From positions 1,376,001 to 1,440,000 of the forward strand of contig OY970067.1 in the NCBI GenBank assembly GCA_963705305.1: DNA of 64,000 nucleotides, in the 5' to 3' direction. This DNA is from an uncultured Methylomirabilota bacterium. Lineage in GTDB: Bacteria; Methylomirabilota; Methylomirabilia; Methylomirabilales; 2-02-FULL-66-22. The translations under genes and the position numbers were made by a program. Positions 32,124 to 42,371 of this stretch are shown in pieces; within the stretch, counting starts at the first letter, position 1, and the number at the start of each line of letters is the position of its first letter. The notes beneath the pieces were generated by a model. The model did not search any database and was not told the origin of the DNA. It was given only the letters and a program-made list of their open reading frames with translations.

Positions 32124-33098
32124 ATGAAGCGACTGTACGAAGAGATCGGGATCGTCAATACGCGGGAGATGTTCAAGAAGGCGATGCAGGGCGGCTACGC
32201 CATTCCCGCATACAACTTCAACAACATGGAGCAGCTCCAGGCGATCATCATCGGCTGCGCGGAGAGCAAGTCGCCGGTGATCCTCCAAGTGTCCAAGGGG
32301 GCCCGGGAGTACGCCAACCAGACGCTGCTCCGCTACATGGCCATGGGCGCGATGAGGATGCTGCAAGAGATGGGCAGCCACATCCCCGTCGCCCTCCATC
32401 TCGACCACGGCGATTCCTTCGAGCTGGCGAAGTCGTGCATCGAGTTCGGGTTCTCCTCGGTCATGATTGACGGCTCGCACCTGCCGTATGAGGAGAACAT
32501 CAAGCTCACCAAGCAGGTGGTGGACTTCGCCCACCAGTCCGACGTGACCGTCGAGGGCGAGCTGGGTGTGCTGGCGGGCATCGAAGAGCACGTCGTCGCC
32601 GAGAAGTCCCACTACACCGACCCCAACCAGGTGCAGGACTTCGTCCGGCGGACCGGCGTGGACAGCCTGGCCATCTCCATCGGGACCTCGCACGGGGCCT
32701 ACAAGTTCAAGCCCAAGCCGGGCGAAACCCTGCCGCCGCTCCGTTTCGACATTCTGCACGAGATTGAAAAGCGGCTGCCCGGATTCCCCATTGTCCTGCA
32801 CGGCGCCTCCTCCGTTCTTCCCAAGTACGTGGCCATGATCAACGAGTACGGCGGGAAGATCGAGGGCGCCATGGGCGTGCCCGAAGAGCAGCTGCGCGAA
32901 GCGGCCAAGTCCGCGGTCTGCAAGGTCAACATCGACACCGACGGCCGCATGGTCGTGACGGCCATCGTGCGCAAGGTCCTGGTGGAGAACCCGAAGGAGT
33001 TCGACCCTCGCAAATATCTCGGCCCGGCCCGCAAAGAGCTGATCGAGATCATCAAGCACAAGAACGCCAACGTGCTGGGCTCGGCCAATCGGGCCTAA
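32124..33098 (+). CDS. fba: Class II fructose-bisphosphate aldolase
   Basis: 'ALHLDHG', 'SSVMIDGS', 'VEGELG', 'IGTSHGAYK', 'VLHGAS', 'KVNIDTD', 'FDPRKYL'. Confidence 0.96.
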   Translation: MKRLYEEIGIVNTREMFKKAMQGGYAIPAYNFNNMEQLQAIIIGCAESKSPVILQVSKGAREYANQTLLRYMAMGAMRMLQEMGSHIPVALHLDHGDSFELAKSCIEFGFSSVMIDGSHLPYEENIKLTKQVVDFAHQSDVTVEGELGVLAGIEEHVVAEKSHYTDPNQVQDFVRRTGVDSLAISIGTSHGAYKFKPKPGETLPPLRFDILHEIEKRLPGFPIVLHGASSVLPKYVAMINEYGGKIEGAMGVPEEQLREAAKSAVCKVNIDTDGRMVVTAIVRKVLVENPKEFDPRKYLGPARKELIEIIKHKNANVLGSANRA

Positions 33099-33128
33099 AC
33101 GTCGCCCGCACGGTCGGCCCGCCTGTTA

Positions 33129-33172
33129 TGAAGGCCGGAGAAGCCTGGGAGGCCGGGCCCTCCGGCCTTCGT
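33129..33172. terminator. GC-rich hairpin after fba (possible terminator)
   Basis: GAAGGCCGGAG...CTCCGGCCTTC inverted repeat; no clear U-tract. Confidence 0.4.
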
Positions 33173-33328
33173 GCATGCCGGGGCCGGCACGCCGGGGCCG
33201 TCTTCGGGGTCTGCTGGCCGCGGAGAAAGGGGCCTTGCCCCGTGGAACCCCGGGCGGATAGAATCCAGATGGATGCCCGCGGGGAGTCCCCCTGATTGCG
33301 GGCGCGGGCGGCCGGAGAGGGGGCGGAT

Positions 33329-34297
33329 GTGCGGGCCATTTTGTTCCACGAGTTGGGCGGGCCGGAGGTGCTGCGGCTGGGCGAACTGCCCCGACCGGAG
33401 CCGACCCCCGGAACGATCCTCATCAGGAACCATGCCATCGGCGTAAACTTCGCCGACACCCTGTTTCGCCGGGGGCTGTATCTGACCCGTCCCAAGCGTC
33501 CCGATACCCCCGGCCTGGAGGCCGCTGGCACGATCGAGGCGCTCGGACAAGGCGTGGAGGGGCTCGCGGTCGGGATGCGGGTGGCCGCGATCACCACCAA
33601 GGCCTACGCCGACTATTGCCTGGCGAAGGCCTCCAGGGTGATCCCCCTCCCCGAGTTCGTCGACTTCGAGCGGGGGGCCGCCTTTCCCATCCAGGCCCTC
33701 ACCGCCTACCACCTGCTCCACACGGCGCACCGAACGGAGGCGGGGCAGACCGTCCTGGTCCATTCTGCCGCCGGGGGGGTGGGCGGCCTGGCGGTGCAGA
33801 TGGCCAAGGCTGCCGGGGCCCGGGTGATCGGCACGGTCTCCGACGACGGAAAGATCGGCAGGGCCCGGGACGCCGGGGCCGATGCGGTCATCAACTACGC
33901 CACCCAGGATCTCGCGGCGGAGGCGCTCCGTCTCACGGAGGGCCGCGGCGTGGACCTGATCCTGGACGCCGTGGGCAAGCCGACGGTGGAGAACGGGCTG
34001 CGCTGCCTGGCGCCGCGCGGGCACCTGATCTTCTACGGGCGCTCCGGGGGCGTCCCCGACCCCGTGAATCTGCTGCGCCTGCTCGGCAAGTCGCTCGCGG
34101 TCAGCGGATTCGTCCTCTACCACATCCTGGATGTTCCGGACGACTGGGCCGCGGGAATCGAGCGCTCCTTCGCACTGCTCCGCGAGGGCAAGGTCAGGCT
34201 GCGAATCGATCACACCTTTCCGCTGGCGGAGGCGGCCGACGCCCATCGCCACATGGAGTCCCGGCAGTCCGTGGGAAAACTGGTCTTGATCCCGTAG
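33329..34297 (+). CDS. NADPH:quinone oxidoreductase (MDR/Qor family)
   Basis: 'GGPEVL', 'GVNFAD', 'PGLEAAG', 'VLVHSAAGGVG', 'GRGVDLILDAVG', 'GKLVLIP'. Confidence 0.93.
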   Translation: MRAILFHELGGPEVLRLGELPRPEPTPGTILIRNHAIGVNFADTLFRRGLYLTRPKRPDTPGLEAAGTIEALGQGVEGLAVGMRVAAITTKAYADYCLAKASRVIPLPEFVDFERGAAFPIQALTAYHLLHTAHRTEAGQTVLVHSAAGGVGGLAVQMAKAAGARVIGTVSDDGKIGRARDAGADAVINYATQDLAAEALRLTEGRGVDLILDAVGKPTVENGLRCLAPRGHLIFYGRSGGVPDPVNLLRLLGKSLAVSGFVLYHILDVPDDWAAGIERSFALLREGKVRLRIDHTFPLAEAADAHRHMESRQSVGKLVLIP

Positions 34298-34473
34298 CAG
34301 GAAGTTGAAGAGCTCATTTTCGGTCAGGCTGCAAAAAAGGCCCAGATGCAAGGCGCCGCGCGATCCGAGGCGCGAGGCGTACTTAGCCCGTACGCCGCAG
34401 TGCCGCGGGAGCGCGGGGGTACCCTTCCGGAGGATGGGTCTCCGCAGATGGAGCTTTTTCAGCAGCCTGGTAG
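34295..34473. repeat. MITE-like structured repeat, copy 1
   Basis: CAGGCTGCAAAAAAGG...TTTTTCAGCAGCCTG termini; core shared with copies at 46.6 kb and 48.6 kb. Confidence 0.85.
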
Positions 34474-34498
34474 GCTTTCCGGGAGGGTGGGGGCAGAC

Positions 34499-34870
34499 AT
34501 GAACCGAACCCTGACGATCCTGGGGGCGCTGGCCGGAGCCCTGGGCGTCCTGATGGGGGCGTTCGGCGCGCACGCCCTGCGGACGCGGCTCACGCCCGAG
34601 ATGCGCGCGGTGTACGAGACGGGCGCGCAGTACCACCTGGTCCACGCCGTGGCCGTTCTGGCGGCGGCCTGGGCGGCGGCGCGCTGGCCGAACTCTTCCG
34701 CCTCGGCTGCCGGCTGGTGCTTCCTCGCCGGGATCGCGCTCTTCTCCGGCAGCCTCTACGCGCTGAGTCTCAGCGGTCTCCGGGTGATGGGGGCCATCAC
34801 ACCCCTCGGGGGCCTGGCGCTCATCGCCGGCTGGCTCCTGCTGGCCTGGGCCGCACGGCAAGAGCGCTGA
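34499..34870 (+). CDS. DUF423 (YgdD/TMEM256) membrane protein
   Basis: 'GAFGAHAL', 'YHLVHA', 'LFSGSLY', 'GAITPLGG'. Confidence 0.92.
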   Translation: MNRTLTILGALAGALGVLMGAFGAHALRTRLTPEMRAVYETGAQYHLVHAVAVLAAAWAAARWPNSSASAAGWCFLAGIALFSGSLYALSLSGLRVMGAITPLGGLALIAGWLLLAWAARQER

Positions 34871-34935
34871 GGGCGCTGTCGAGCGGATCGACCCGCGGGG
34901 TCCCCCCGGGAGGGGAGAGAACAGGAGGCAGGCAG

Positions 34936-35745
34936 ATGCGAGTCACAGCCAACGGGATCTCAATCAACTATACTCTCGCCGGGCCCGCCTCGGCGCCCGT
35001 CGTCACCCTCAGCCACTCGCTGGCGACGAACCTCGCCATGTGGGAGCCGCAGCTGACGGCGCTGACGGTCCGCTATCGCGTCCTCCGATACGATACCAGG
35101 GGGCATGGGGGGACGGATGTCCCCGAGGGCCCCTACAGCCTGGATCAGCTGGCCGAGGACGTCCGTGCCCTGCTCCGCGCCCTCGGGGTCGCGCGGACCC
35201 ATTTCATCGGGCTGTCCATGGGTGGTATGATCGGCCAGGTGCTGGCCCTCACATCGCCCGGGATCCTGGGCGGGCTGGTCCTGTGCGACACCAGCAGCCG
35301 GACGCCCGCCGAGGCCCGCCCCGTCTGGGAGGAGCGCATCCGGATCGCCGAGACGCAGGGCATGGAGCCGCACGTGGAGCCGACCATCGGCCGCTGGTTT
35401 ACCGCGCCCTGCCGGGAAAGGCACCCGGAAGTCGTGGATCCCGTGCGGGCCATGATCCGGAACACCGACCCGCGCGGATATATCGGCTGCGGACGGGCCA
35501 TCATGGGGCTTGACCTGACGGACCGCCTCTCCTCCATCACGATCCCGGCCCTCGTCGTGGTCGGGGAGGACGATCCCGGGACGCCGGTGGCGGCCGCCCG
35601 GACGATCCAGGAACGAATTCGGGGGGCCGAGATGGTGGTCCTCAAGTCCGCCTCCCACCTCTCCAATGTCGAGCAGGCCGACGCCTTCAACCAGGCCGTG
35701 ACGGCGTTCCTGGCCGGGGTGGACGGAGGGGCGTCCCGGGTGTGA
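34936..35745 (+). CDS. pcaD: 3-oxoadipate enol-lactonase-like alpha/beta hydrolase
   Basis: 'LSHSLATNLAMWEPQ', 'YDTRGHG', 'GLSMGG', 'ASHLSNVEQ'. Confidence 0.88.
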   Translation: MRVTANGISINYTLAGPASAPVVTLSHSLATNLAMWEPQLTALTVRYRVLRYDTRGHGGTDVPEGPYSLDQLAEDVRALLRALGVARTHFIGLSMGGMIGQVLALTSPGILGGLVLCDTSSRTPAEARPVWEERIRIAETQGMEPHVEPTIGRWFTAPCRERHPEVVDPVRAMIRNTDPRGYIGCGRAIMGLDLTDRLSSITIPALVVVGEDDPGTPVAAARTIQERIRGAEMVVLKSASHLSNVEQADAFNQAVTAFLAGVDGGASRV

Positions 35746-35803
35746 GGCACGTTGCGGAAGCCCCAGGGCGAGCCCCCCTCACCGGCCTGCCCGGGAGGAG
35801 CGT

Positions 35804-36106
35804 ATGGCCAATCGACGACACCAGTGGATCGCCCTGATCCTGTCCGGCGTCTTCCCCGGGCTGGGCCAGCTCTACCTGCGGGCGTGGGGACGAGGCACCG
35901 CGTTCCTCCTGGCCGGCGGTGCGGCAACATGGTCCTGGGGTCGGGCGCTCGGAAACGCGAACCTCCTTGCTGGCAGCCTGGCCAACCCCGGGGCGGTCCT
36001 GGCCGCGACCCTCGCCCTGCTGGCAGTCTATCTTTGGAGCATGGCAGACGCGTGGCGGGAGGCGGGAAGAACCCGGCGAAGCTCCCCGCCCAGCTTCGTG
36101 GAATAG
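35804..36106 (+). CDS. Small membrane protein
   Basis: GGAGGAG RBS; '[13 protein letters not shown]' motif, 2-3 TM segments. Confidence 0.7.
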   Translation: MANRRHQWIALILSGVFPGLGQLYLRAWGRGTAFLLAGGAATWSWGRALGNANLLAGSLANPGAVLAATLALLAVYLWSMADAWREAGRTRRSSPPSFVE

Positions 36107-36191
36107 CATCCCCTGGGCCGTCCTCGCCGGAAGACCCGGCGCGGGGCGAGGGCGACCATCGGCAACCCCATCCGATCGTGGGAGGCCACCC

Positions 36192-36643
36192 ATGCACCAC
36201 CGGCGGCCGATCTGTTGGGCATCGTTCCTGGGGGCCGCCTGGTCCTCCTCTCCTTTCCCGCCATGGCGCAGGTGATCAAGCAGGCGGTCGTCGAGCGCGG
36301 GGTCGTGGCCGAGAACCTGTACGTCGCCGGAAAGAGTGTGGATGTCCAGGCGGACGTGGGCGGAGATCTGCTTGTGGCCGGGGAGTATGTCGTCATCGGC
36401 GGCGCGGTGAAGAGAGACATCGCCGCCGTCGGCCGCGAGGTGACGCTGCAGGGAGGGGTGGGGGCCGACGCGCAGGCCGACGGAGAGGCGGTCACCCCGG
36501 ACGGGCGGATCGGAGGGGAGGCGGTGGCGGCTGCCGGCGGGGTGCTCCTGGCGCGCACGGGCCAGGTCGCCGGGAAGGCCTGGCTGGCCGGTGGGACGAT
36601 CGAGGTGCAGGGGAGCGTCGGCAAGTGGCTGCAGGCCACGTGA
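36192..36643 (+). pseudogene. Frameshifted, truncated bactofilin-like beta-helix exported protein
   Basis: ATG after GGAGG in a different frame from '[11 protein letters not shown]...[23 protein letters not shown]'; repeats stop abruptly before mscL. Confidence 0.55.
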
Positions 36644-36666
36644 CTACAGCACAGGGAGAAGAAGCC

Positions 36667-37113
36667 ATGCTTAAGGAATTCAAAGAATTCGCCATGCGAG
36701 GCAACGTCCTCGACATGGCTGTCGGGATCGTGGTCGGCGCGGCCTTTGGCAAGATCGTCACGTCCTTCGTCGGCGATGTGCTGATGCCGCCGATCGGCCT
36801 GCTGCTCGGGAGGGTCGACTTCTCCAATCTCTTCCTCAACCTCTCCGGCACGCATTACGCGACGCTGGCACAGGCCAAGGCCGCCAGTGCGCCCACCCTC
36901 AACTATGGACTGTTCCTGAACACCGTGATCGATTTCCTGATCGTGGCCTTCGCGATCTTCCTCCTGGTGCGGCAGGTGAATCGGCTGCGACAGCCGGCCC
37001 TTCCCGTCGAGCCCGCGGCCCCCACAACCAAGGAGTGTCCGTACTGTTTCTCCACCGTCTCCGTTAAGGCCACGCGCTGCGCCTTCTGCACCACCGAGCT
37101 GAAGGCGTCCTGA
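36667..37113 (+). CDS. mscL: Large-conductance mechanosensitive channel with C-terminal CxxC-CxxC
   Basis: '[31 protein letters not shown]', '[16 protein letters not shown]', 'CPYC...CAFC'. Confidence 0.96.
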   Translation: MLKEFKEFAMRGNVLDMAVGIVVGAAFGKIVTSFVGDVLMPPIGLLLGRVDFSNLFLNLSGTHYATLAQAKAASAPTLNYGLFLNTVIDFLIVAFAIFLLVRQVNRLRQPALPVEPAAPTTKECPYCFSTVSVKATRCAFCTTELKAS

Positions 37114-37172
37114 GGCAATCGCGGCGGCGTGGATGTGGCTGGCAATCTGGGTGGGGGGCGGGGAAGCGGAGG

Positions 37173-37943
37173 ATGCCGATGAGATTCACGGGCAAGGTGG
37201 CACTGATCACCGGCGGCGGGAGCGGCATCGGGGCGGCCACCGCACGGCTGATGGGCTCCCAGGGCGCAGCGGTGGCGATCATGGGGCGGACCGCCAAGAC
37301 GGTGGAGCGGGCCGCCCGGCAGGTCCGTGAGGCGGGAGGACGGGCCCTCCCCATCGCGGGTGACGTCTCCAGGGAAGGCGATGCGGAGCGGGCCGTGCGG
37401 GAGACGGTGGCCGCGTTCGATCGCCTGGACATCCTGGTGTCCAACGCCGGCACCCAGCTGCACAAGCGGGACGCGCCCATCCATGAGCAGGCGCTGGCTG
37501 CCTGGGAAGAGACGCAGGCCGTCAATCTGCGGGGCGCGTTCCTGATATGCAGGGCGGGGATCAAGCAGATGCTGGCCCAGGGTGGAGGCGGCGCGGTGGT
37601 GATCACGGGCTCGGTGACCGCCCTGGTCGCCTCGGCCCCGCACAATCCGTCCTACACGGCCAGCAAGGGGGGGCTCCACGCCTTCGCGCGAGCCCTGGCA
37701 GTTCAGTACGCTCCCCTCGGAATTCGCGTGAACGTGGTATGCCCCGGGGCCCTGGAAGAGCCGCCCGACGCCGAGGACGTCGACCTGGCGGCTCGCGAGA
37801 AGCGGCTGATCCCGAAAATCCCGATGGGCCGGGCGGGGCGATTCGATGAGGTGGCCCCGGCCGTTGCCTTCCTGGCCTCCGAGGAGGCGAGCTACTGCAC
37901 CGGCAGCGTCCTCGTCGTGGACGGCGGATTCACCGCCGTGTGA
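37173..37943 (+). CDS. Short-chain dehydrogenase/reductase
   Basis: 'TGGGSGIG', 'NAG', 'YTASK', 'VDGG'. Confidence 0.94.
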   Translation: MPMRFTGKVALITGGGSGIGAATARLMGSQGAAVAIMGRTAKTVERAARQVREAGGRALPIAGDVSREGDAERAVRETVAAFDRLDILVSNAGTQLHKRDAPIHEQALAAWEETQAVNLRGAFLICRAGIKQMLAQGGGGAVVITGSVTALVASAPHNPSYTASKGGLHAFARALAVQYAPLGIRVNVVCPGALEEPPDAEDVDLAAREKRLIPKIPMGRAGRFDEVAPAVAFLASEEASYCTGSVLVVDGGFTAV

Positions 37944-38105
37944 AGCCGGGATGAGCGCACGAAGTGGCGATGGATCCCGCCCCGAAAGGCCCTCGCTGCC
38001 AAGGCGCCCCGAATGCACGTCCGCAATGGGCGGATGCCCGGCGACTGCAGCTGCGGGCCGGCGCAGGCGAGAACACGGGTCGACACCCCTGAAAGGAGAT
38101 CGCGC

Positions 38106-39077
38106 GTGAGCACGCCCGTCAAGTGCGCCCTGATTACCGCGTTCGTCAGCAAGACCAAAGACCGGTTCCACGAGTACAATGCCGAGAAGGCGCTGGCCGA
38201 GCGGCTGGAGCTCGTCTCCAGGATGAAGGGGATGAGCGGGGTCGAAGTGATCTTCCCCTACGAGGCGAACGACGCCCCGCTGCTGAAGAAGCTCCTGAAC
38301 GAATACCGGCTGGAGGTCGCTGCCATCAATGTGAACGTCAAGGCCGAGCCGGAGTTTCGAAACGGCGGGCTGACCTCCACCGATCCCGCCATCCGAAAGC
38401 GGGCGGTGCAGTTCATCAAGGACGCGAAGGACTTCGCGCAGGCGACGGGAGCCAACAAGGTCACCTGCTGCCCTCTGGGGGACGGCTACGAATTCGCCTT
38501 CCAGTGCGATTACGCCCAGATGTGGCGGTACCTGGTGGAGACATTCGGCGAGGCGGGGAGCTACAAGCCCGAGGTCCCGCTCTTCATCGAATATAAGCCG
38601 AGCGAGACCCGCGGCCGCTGCTTTGTGGACACTGCGGCCAAGACCCTGTGCCTCCTGAACGACGTTGGGATCCGGGAGATGGGCGCCACGGTGGATTTCG
38701 GCCATTCCAAGTATGGCGGGGAGAATCCGGCGGAAGTCGTCTCCACCCTGGCGCACAGCCGGTACCCCTATTACGTTCACATCAACGACAATAACGGGAA
38801 GTGGGACTGGGATTTCATGGTGGCCTCCCACAACTTTCTGGAATACGCCGAGTTCCTCTTCTATCTCCAGGAGTACGACTACCGCGACTTCCTGACGTCG
38901 GATACCTCGCCCACCCGCTGGGATATCGTCGGCACCTTTGAGGCCAACACGCGGATGACCCGGAAGATCTGGGACCGACTGCTGTCCATCGACCGGGAGG
39001 AGTTCCGGAAGCTGATCCGGGCGGGCGATTTCCTGAAGACCTGGCAGTTCGTCGAGGTGAACATCTTCAAGCTCTAG
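38106..39077 (+). CDS. Sugar phosphate isomerase/epimerase (xylose isomerase-like TIM barrel)
   Basis: 'GGLTSTDPAIRKRAV', 'DGYEFAFQ', 'IEYKPSETR', 'DFGHS', 'VHINDN...WDWD'. Confidence 0.88.
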   Translation: MSTPVKCALITAFVSKTKDRFHEYNAEKALAERLELVSRMKGMSGVEVIFPYEANDAPLLKKLLNEYRLEVAAINVNVKAEPEFRNGGLTSTDPAIRKRAVQFIKDAKDFAQATGANKVTCCPLGDGYEFAFQCDYAQMWRYLVETFGEAGSYKPEVPLFIEYKPSETRGRCFVDTAAKTLCLLNDVGIREMGATVDFGHSKYGGENPAEVVSTLAHSRYPYYVHINDNNGKWDWDFMVASHNFLEYAEFLFYLQEYDYRDFLTSDTSPTRWDIVGTFEANTRMTRKIWDRLLSIDREEFRKLIRAGDFLKTWQFVEVNIFKL

Positions 39078-39250
39078 CTGGCGAACGTCGCCGGGATCAC
39101 CCAGCCGGTCACGGTCGCGAGCACGACGCCGGAGGACTGGGACCGCATCATCGCGGTGAACCTGAAAGGGACCTTCCTCGTTTCGAGGGCGGTGTCTGCC
39201 GTCATGGCCAGGCACAGGTCGGCCGCATCATCAACAATGGCGGGCCCACA
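39078..39250 (+). pseudogene. Internal fragment of an SDR gene
   Basis: 'LANVAGITQP...EDWDRIIAVNLKGTFLVSRAV' and frameshifted 'GRIIN'; no start codon or N-terminus. Confidence 0.65.
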
Positions 39251-39585
39251 TGGACTAGCCGGCAGGTCTGCGGGGGGGATGGGTCGGATCAAGAACTTCC
39301 GGGTGTTAGGCTTGTAGACGCCGGACCGGTTGTCCTGCGCTTTCCAGCCGCCGGCGATCGCATGGCCTCCCCGGTCCTCCCCAATGGTTTGTCGGATCCT
39401 CGGCCGCGGCCGAGGGACGCCGCGGGGCCGGCCGCCCCCCCGCCGTCCTTCCGTATTTTTCTTGACATGGCGGTCCGGGCTGGTAGGTTTCGTCGATATC
39501 GACGCGCGGGATCTGACCTGCAAGGGCGGACGTACGGCGGCGGCGCGGGAACCGGACCGGCTACCCGCCAGGGAGGCGGCACGCA

Positions 39586-41865
39586 GTGCTGATCCCTATC
39601 GGACACGAGGATCAACAGGTTGTGCGGCTCCCCCTGGTGACCATTTTTCTGGTGGTCGCCAACATCGCCGTCTTCCTCTTCACCAACTCCATCGCCACAA
39701 AGCAATCCCAGGCCATCCGCCTCCAGGGGCAAGAGGTCGTCGCCTTTGCCAGCGAGCACCCGTATCTGCATCTGCCCCCGGATATCGCCCGCGGGGTGCA
39801 GCCCGTGCCGCCGCCGCCGGGGGTTTCGTTCGACACCATCATGGACGAGCAGGCCGAGCTGGACCGGCTGGTGGGCGACCTGCGTGGACTGCTCGCGTCC
39901 TCGGTATTTCGCACCTACGGCTTCATCCCCGCTCAACCCCACCCCCTGACGCTCTTCACCTCCATGTTCATGCATGGCGGGTGGCTGCATCTCATCGGGA
40001 ACATGCTGTTCCTCTGGCTGGCCGGGGCCAGCCTGGAGGACCGCTGGGGCCGCCTGCTCTACCTGCTCATCTATCTTGCGAGCGGCGCCGTGGGCACTAT
40101 GACCCACGCGGTCATGCTCGGGCAGAGCACGGTTCCCCTGATCGGCGCGTCCGGGGCCATCGCCGGGCTGATGGGCGCGTTCCTGGTCCGCCTGGCGACC
40201 ACCCGGATCAAGTTTTTTTACTGGTTCCTGGTGGTGCGCGGCACCTTCTGGGCCCCGGCCTTCATCGTCCTGCCCCTCTGGTTCCTCCAGCAGTTCGCCA
40301 TGGCCTGGAAGGGTGGCGAAGGACCTGTGGCCGTGTGGGCGCACATCGGAGGCTTCGGAGTGGGGATCGTCGCCGCGCTCCTCATCCGCGCCAGCAACCT
40401 GGAGACGAACGTGCTGGCGCCCGCCATCCAGAAGAAGACCACGTGGACCGCCTCCGACGGTCTGACCGGAGCGTTGCGGCGGCTGGACAAGGGGGACGCC
40501 GACGGCGCCGTCGCGGAGCTCCAGGCGCTGCTCCGGGCGCAACCGGACAGCATCGAGGGGCGGGCGGCGCTCCTGGCCGCGTACACGAAGAAAAACGACA
40601 ATGCCGCCGCCGGTCGGGAATCGGCGCGGCTGGTGGGGGCCTATGTCCGTGCGCGGGACATGATCGGGGCGGTGGCCGCGGCCCAAGAGCACGAGCGGGC
40701 CTATCCGGATGTTCCGCTTGCCCTGCGGGATCTGCTGGCCCTGGCCGCCCATCGAGAAAAGCAGGGGGAGAGCGCCGAGGCCGCGGGCCTCTACCGGCAG
40801 GCGGTCGCGGCGTGGCCGGACGATGCGCTGGCTCCCAAGGCGCTCGTCGGCTACGGGCGGCTGCTGGCGCAGTCCCTCCATGCGCCGGATCAGGCCCTCG
40901 CCCTCTTGGAGCAGGCCCGCACCCACCCAAAGGTCACCCCCGAATTCACGAAGGCCAGCCAGGAGCTGATCGCTGCGATCAGGAAAGCCTCTCCGGAGGC
41001 CGCGCCGGCCTCGCAGCAGGACACGGCGGACATCCACGACCACTCGTTCATCGACCCGTCGCTGCTCGATGCAGAGCAGATATCGGCGGAGCGGGCCATC
41101 GACACGCCGGCGGCCCGAACCGAGATCTCTGCGTCGGATGACGTGACATTCGTGGTCTCCGATTCAGCGGAGCCCGCGACGGAGTCGGCGCCGGAGGACG
41201 GGCCGGTGTATGAGCTTCCATCGGAAGAGCCGGGCCCCAACGTCGCCGCCCCGGCAGGTGCGGCGCCGGAGGTTTCCGAGCACGCGGAGCCCGTGTTCGA
41301 GGTGCCGTCGGAAGAGGAGCCGGCGCCGGCGCCGCCGGACGACCGATACGTCCTCGAGGAGGAGCCGGCAGCGCCGGCCCCTCCGCCCCCGCCCCCTCTC
41401 ACGCTTTCGCCTGTGTCCTTGCGGGCCGTCGGCATGGACGGGCGCGGCATCCAGGTGCAGGATGGGCAGGAAAAGACGGCGCTCCTGCTCTGGGGAAGCA
41501 TTACCGGCGTCGCCGCCGCCCGGATTGGGGGAGCGGTTTCGGACAATCCGTCCCCTGGAGACTTGGTGCTGGACCTGCTCTTGACCTTAATCGACACCCC
41601 GGACGGGAGAATCGTCCGGAGCATTCGGCTGACCGGCCGCGATCTGGCTCTCCCGCAATTGAAGGGCGAGCCCTCGGAAGTGCGCGGATTCCAGCGCGTG
41701 GTGGCGACGGTCCTCAAGGCCTCGGGGGCCACTCCCCACCCCGGCCGCGACGCATGCCTGGGCATCTCCGGCTTCCCCGCCTTTCCGGATCTGGCCGCCT
41801 ACGAGGCCGACCTTGTCGCCCGCCTGGCCGGCCTGGAAGGGCGCCCGCTTTCCGGCCGCGATTGA
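39586..41865 (+). CDS. Rhomboid intramembrane serine protease with TPR-like and acidic/Pro-rich C-terminal extension
   Basis: 'SMFMHGGWLHLIGNMLFLW', catalytic 'GASGA' and 'AHIGG'; candidate promoter TTGACA..TAGGTT at 39462-39489. Confidence 0.9.
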   Translation: MLIPIGHEDQQVVRLPLVTIFLVVANIAVFLFTNSIATKQSQAIRLQGQEVVAFASEHPYLHLPPDIARGVQPVPPPPGVSFDTIMDEQAELDRLVGDLRGLLASSVFRTYGFIPAQPHPLTLFTSMFMHGGWLHLIGNMLFLWLAGASLEDRWGRLLYLLIYLASGAVGTMTHAVMLGQSTVPLIGASGAIAGLMGAFLVRLATTRIKFFYWFLVVRGTFWAPAFIVLPLWFLQQFAMAWKGGEGPVAVWAHIGGFGVGIVAALLIRASNLETNVLAPAIQKKTTWTASDGLTGALRRLDKGDADGAVAELQALLRAQPDSIEGRAALLAAYTKKNDNAAAGRESARLVGAYVRARDMIGAVAAAQEHERAYPDVPLALRDLLALAAHREKQGESAEAAGLYRQAVAAWPDDALAPKALVGYGRLLAQSLHAPDQALALLEQARTHPKVTPEFTKASQELIAAIRKASPEAAPASQQDTADIHDHSFIDPSLLDAEQISAERAIDTPAARTEISASDDVTFVVSDSAEPATESAPEDGPVYELPSEEPGPNVAAPAGAAPEVSEHAEPVFEVPSEEEPAPAPPDDRYVLEEEPAAPAPPPPPPLTLSPVSLRAVGMDGRGIQVQDGQEKTALLLWGSITGVAAARIGGAVSDNPSPGDLVLDLLLTLIDTPDGRIVRSIRLTGRDLALPQLKGEPSEVRGFQRVVATVLKASGATPHPGRDACLGISGFPAFPDLAAYEADLVARLAGLEGRPLSGRD

Positions 41866-42011
41866 TCGCCACGCCCATTCCCCCGCAGGACAAGAGCCCG
41901 CGCTGCGCCGGGGCGCCCCTGCCTTCCCGCCGTTCCCCCTTGACAGCGCCGCCCGGTTCGGTAGGGTCACAGGTGCCGGGTGGATGCCGGCCCGAGACGT
42001 GCGGAGGGAGC

Positions 42012-42236
42012 ATGAGGCGAAGACTGTTGAGCGGCCTTCTGGGCGCCCTGGTTCTTTCCATGACATCGGGCTGCGCCCTGTTCCTGATTGGGGCAGGCGG
42101 AGCGGGAGGGTACCTGATTCGAAAGGGCGAGGACAGCGGAGGCTCGACCGACTCGAACAAGAGCACGCCCGGCGGCCAGAACAAGCCCGCATCGAAATCC
42201 ACGGCCGAACCCCAGAACGGTTCTTCGTCTGACTAG
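42012..42236 (+). CDS. Small lipoprotein
   Basis: GGAGGGAG RBS; lipobox 'MTSGC', 'GAGGAGGY', polar tail. Confidence 0.75.
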   Translation: MRRRLLSGLLGALVLSMTSGCALFLIGAGGAGGYLIRKGEDSGGSTDSNKSTPGGQNKPASKSTAEPQNGSSSD

Positions 42237-42242
42237 GACGCC

Positions 42243-42371
42243 ATGCGAAAGACCATCCTCCTCCTCATATCGCTGCTCCTCCTCGTCGGGCTCGCGGGCT
42301 GTGCCACGGTTCGCGGGATGGGCGAGGACCTCCAGAATCTCGGCAAGGGCATCCAGAAGAGCCTCCAGTAG
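42243..42371 (+). CDS. Entericidin EcnA/B-family lipoprotein (42 aa, not in ORF track)
   Basis: MRKTILLLISLLLLVGLAGCATVRGMGEDLQNLGKGIQKSLQ; LAGC lipobox and C-x-T-x-x-G-x-G-x-D signature. Confidence 0.9.
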   Translation: MRKTILLLISLLLLVGLAGCATVRGMGEDLQNLGKGIQKSLQ

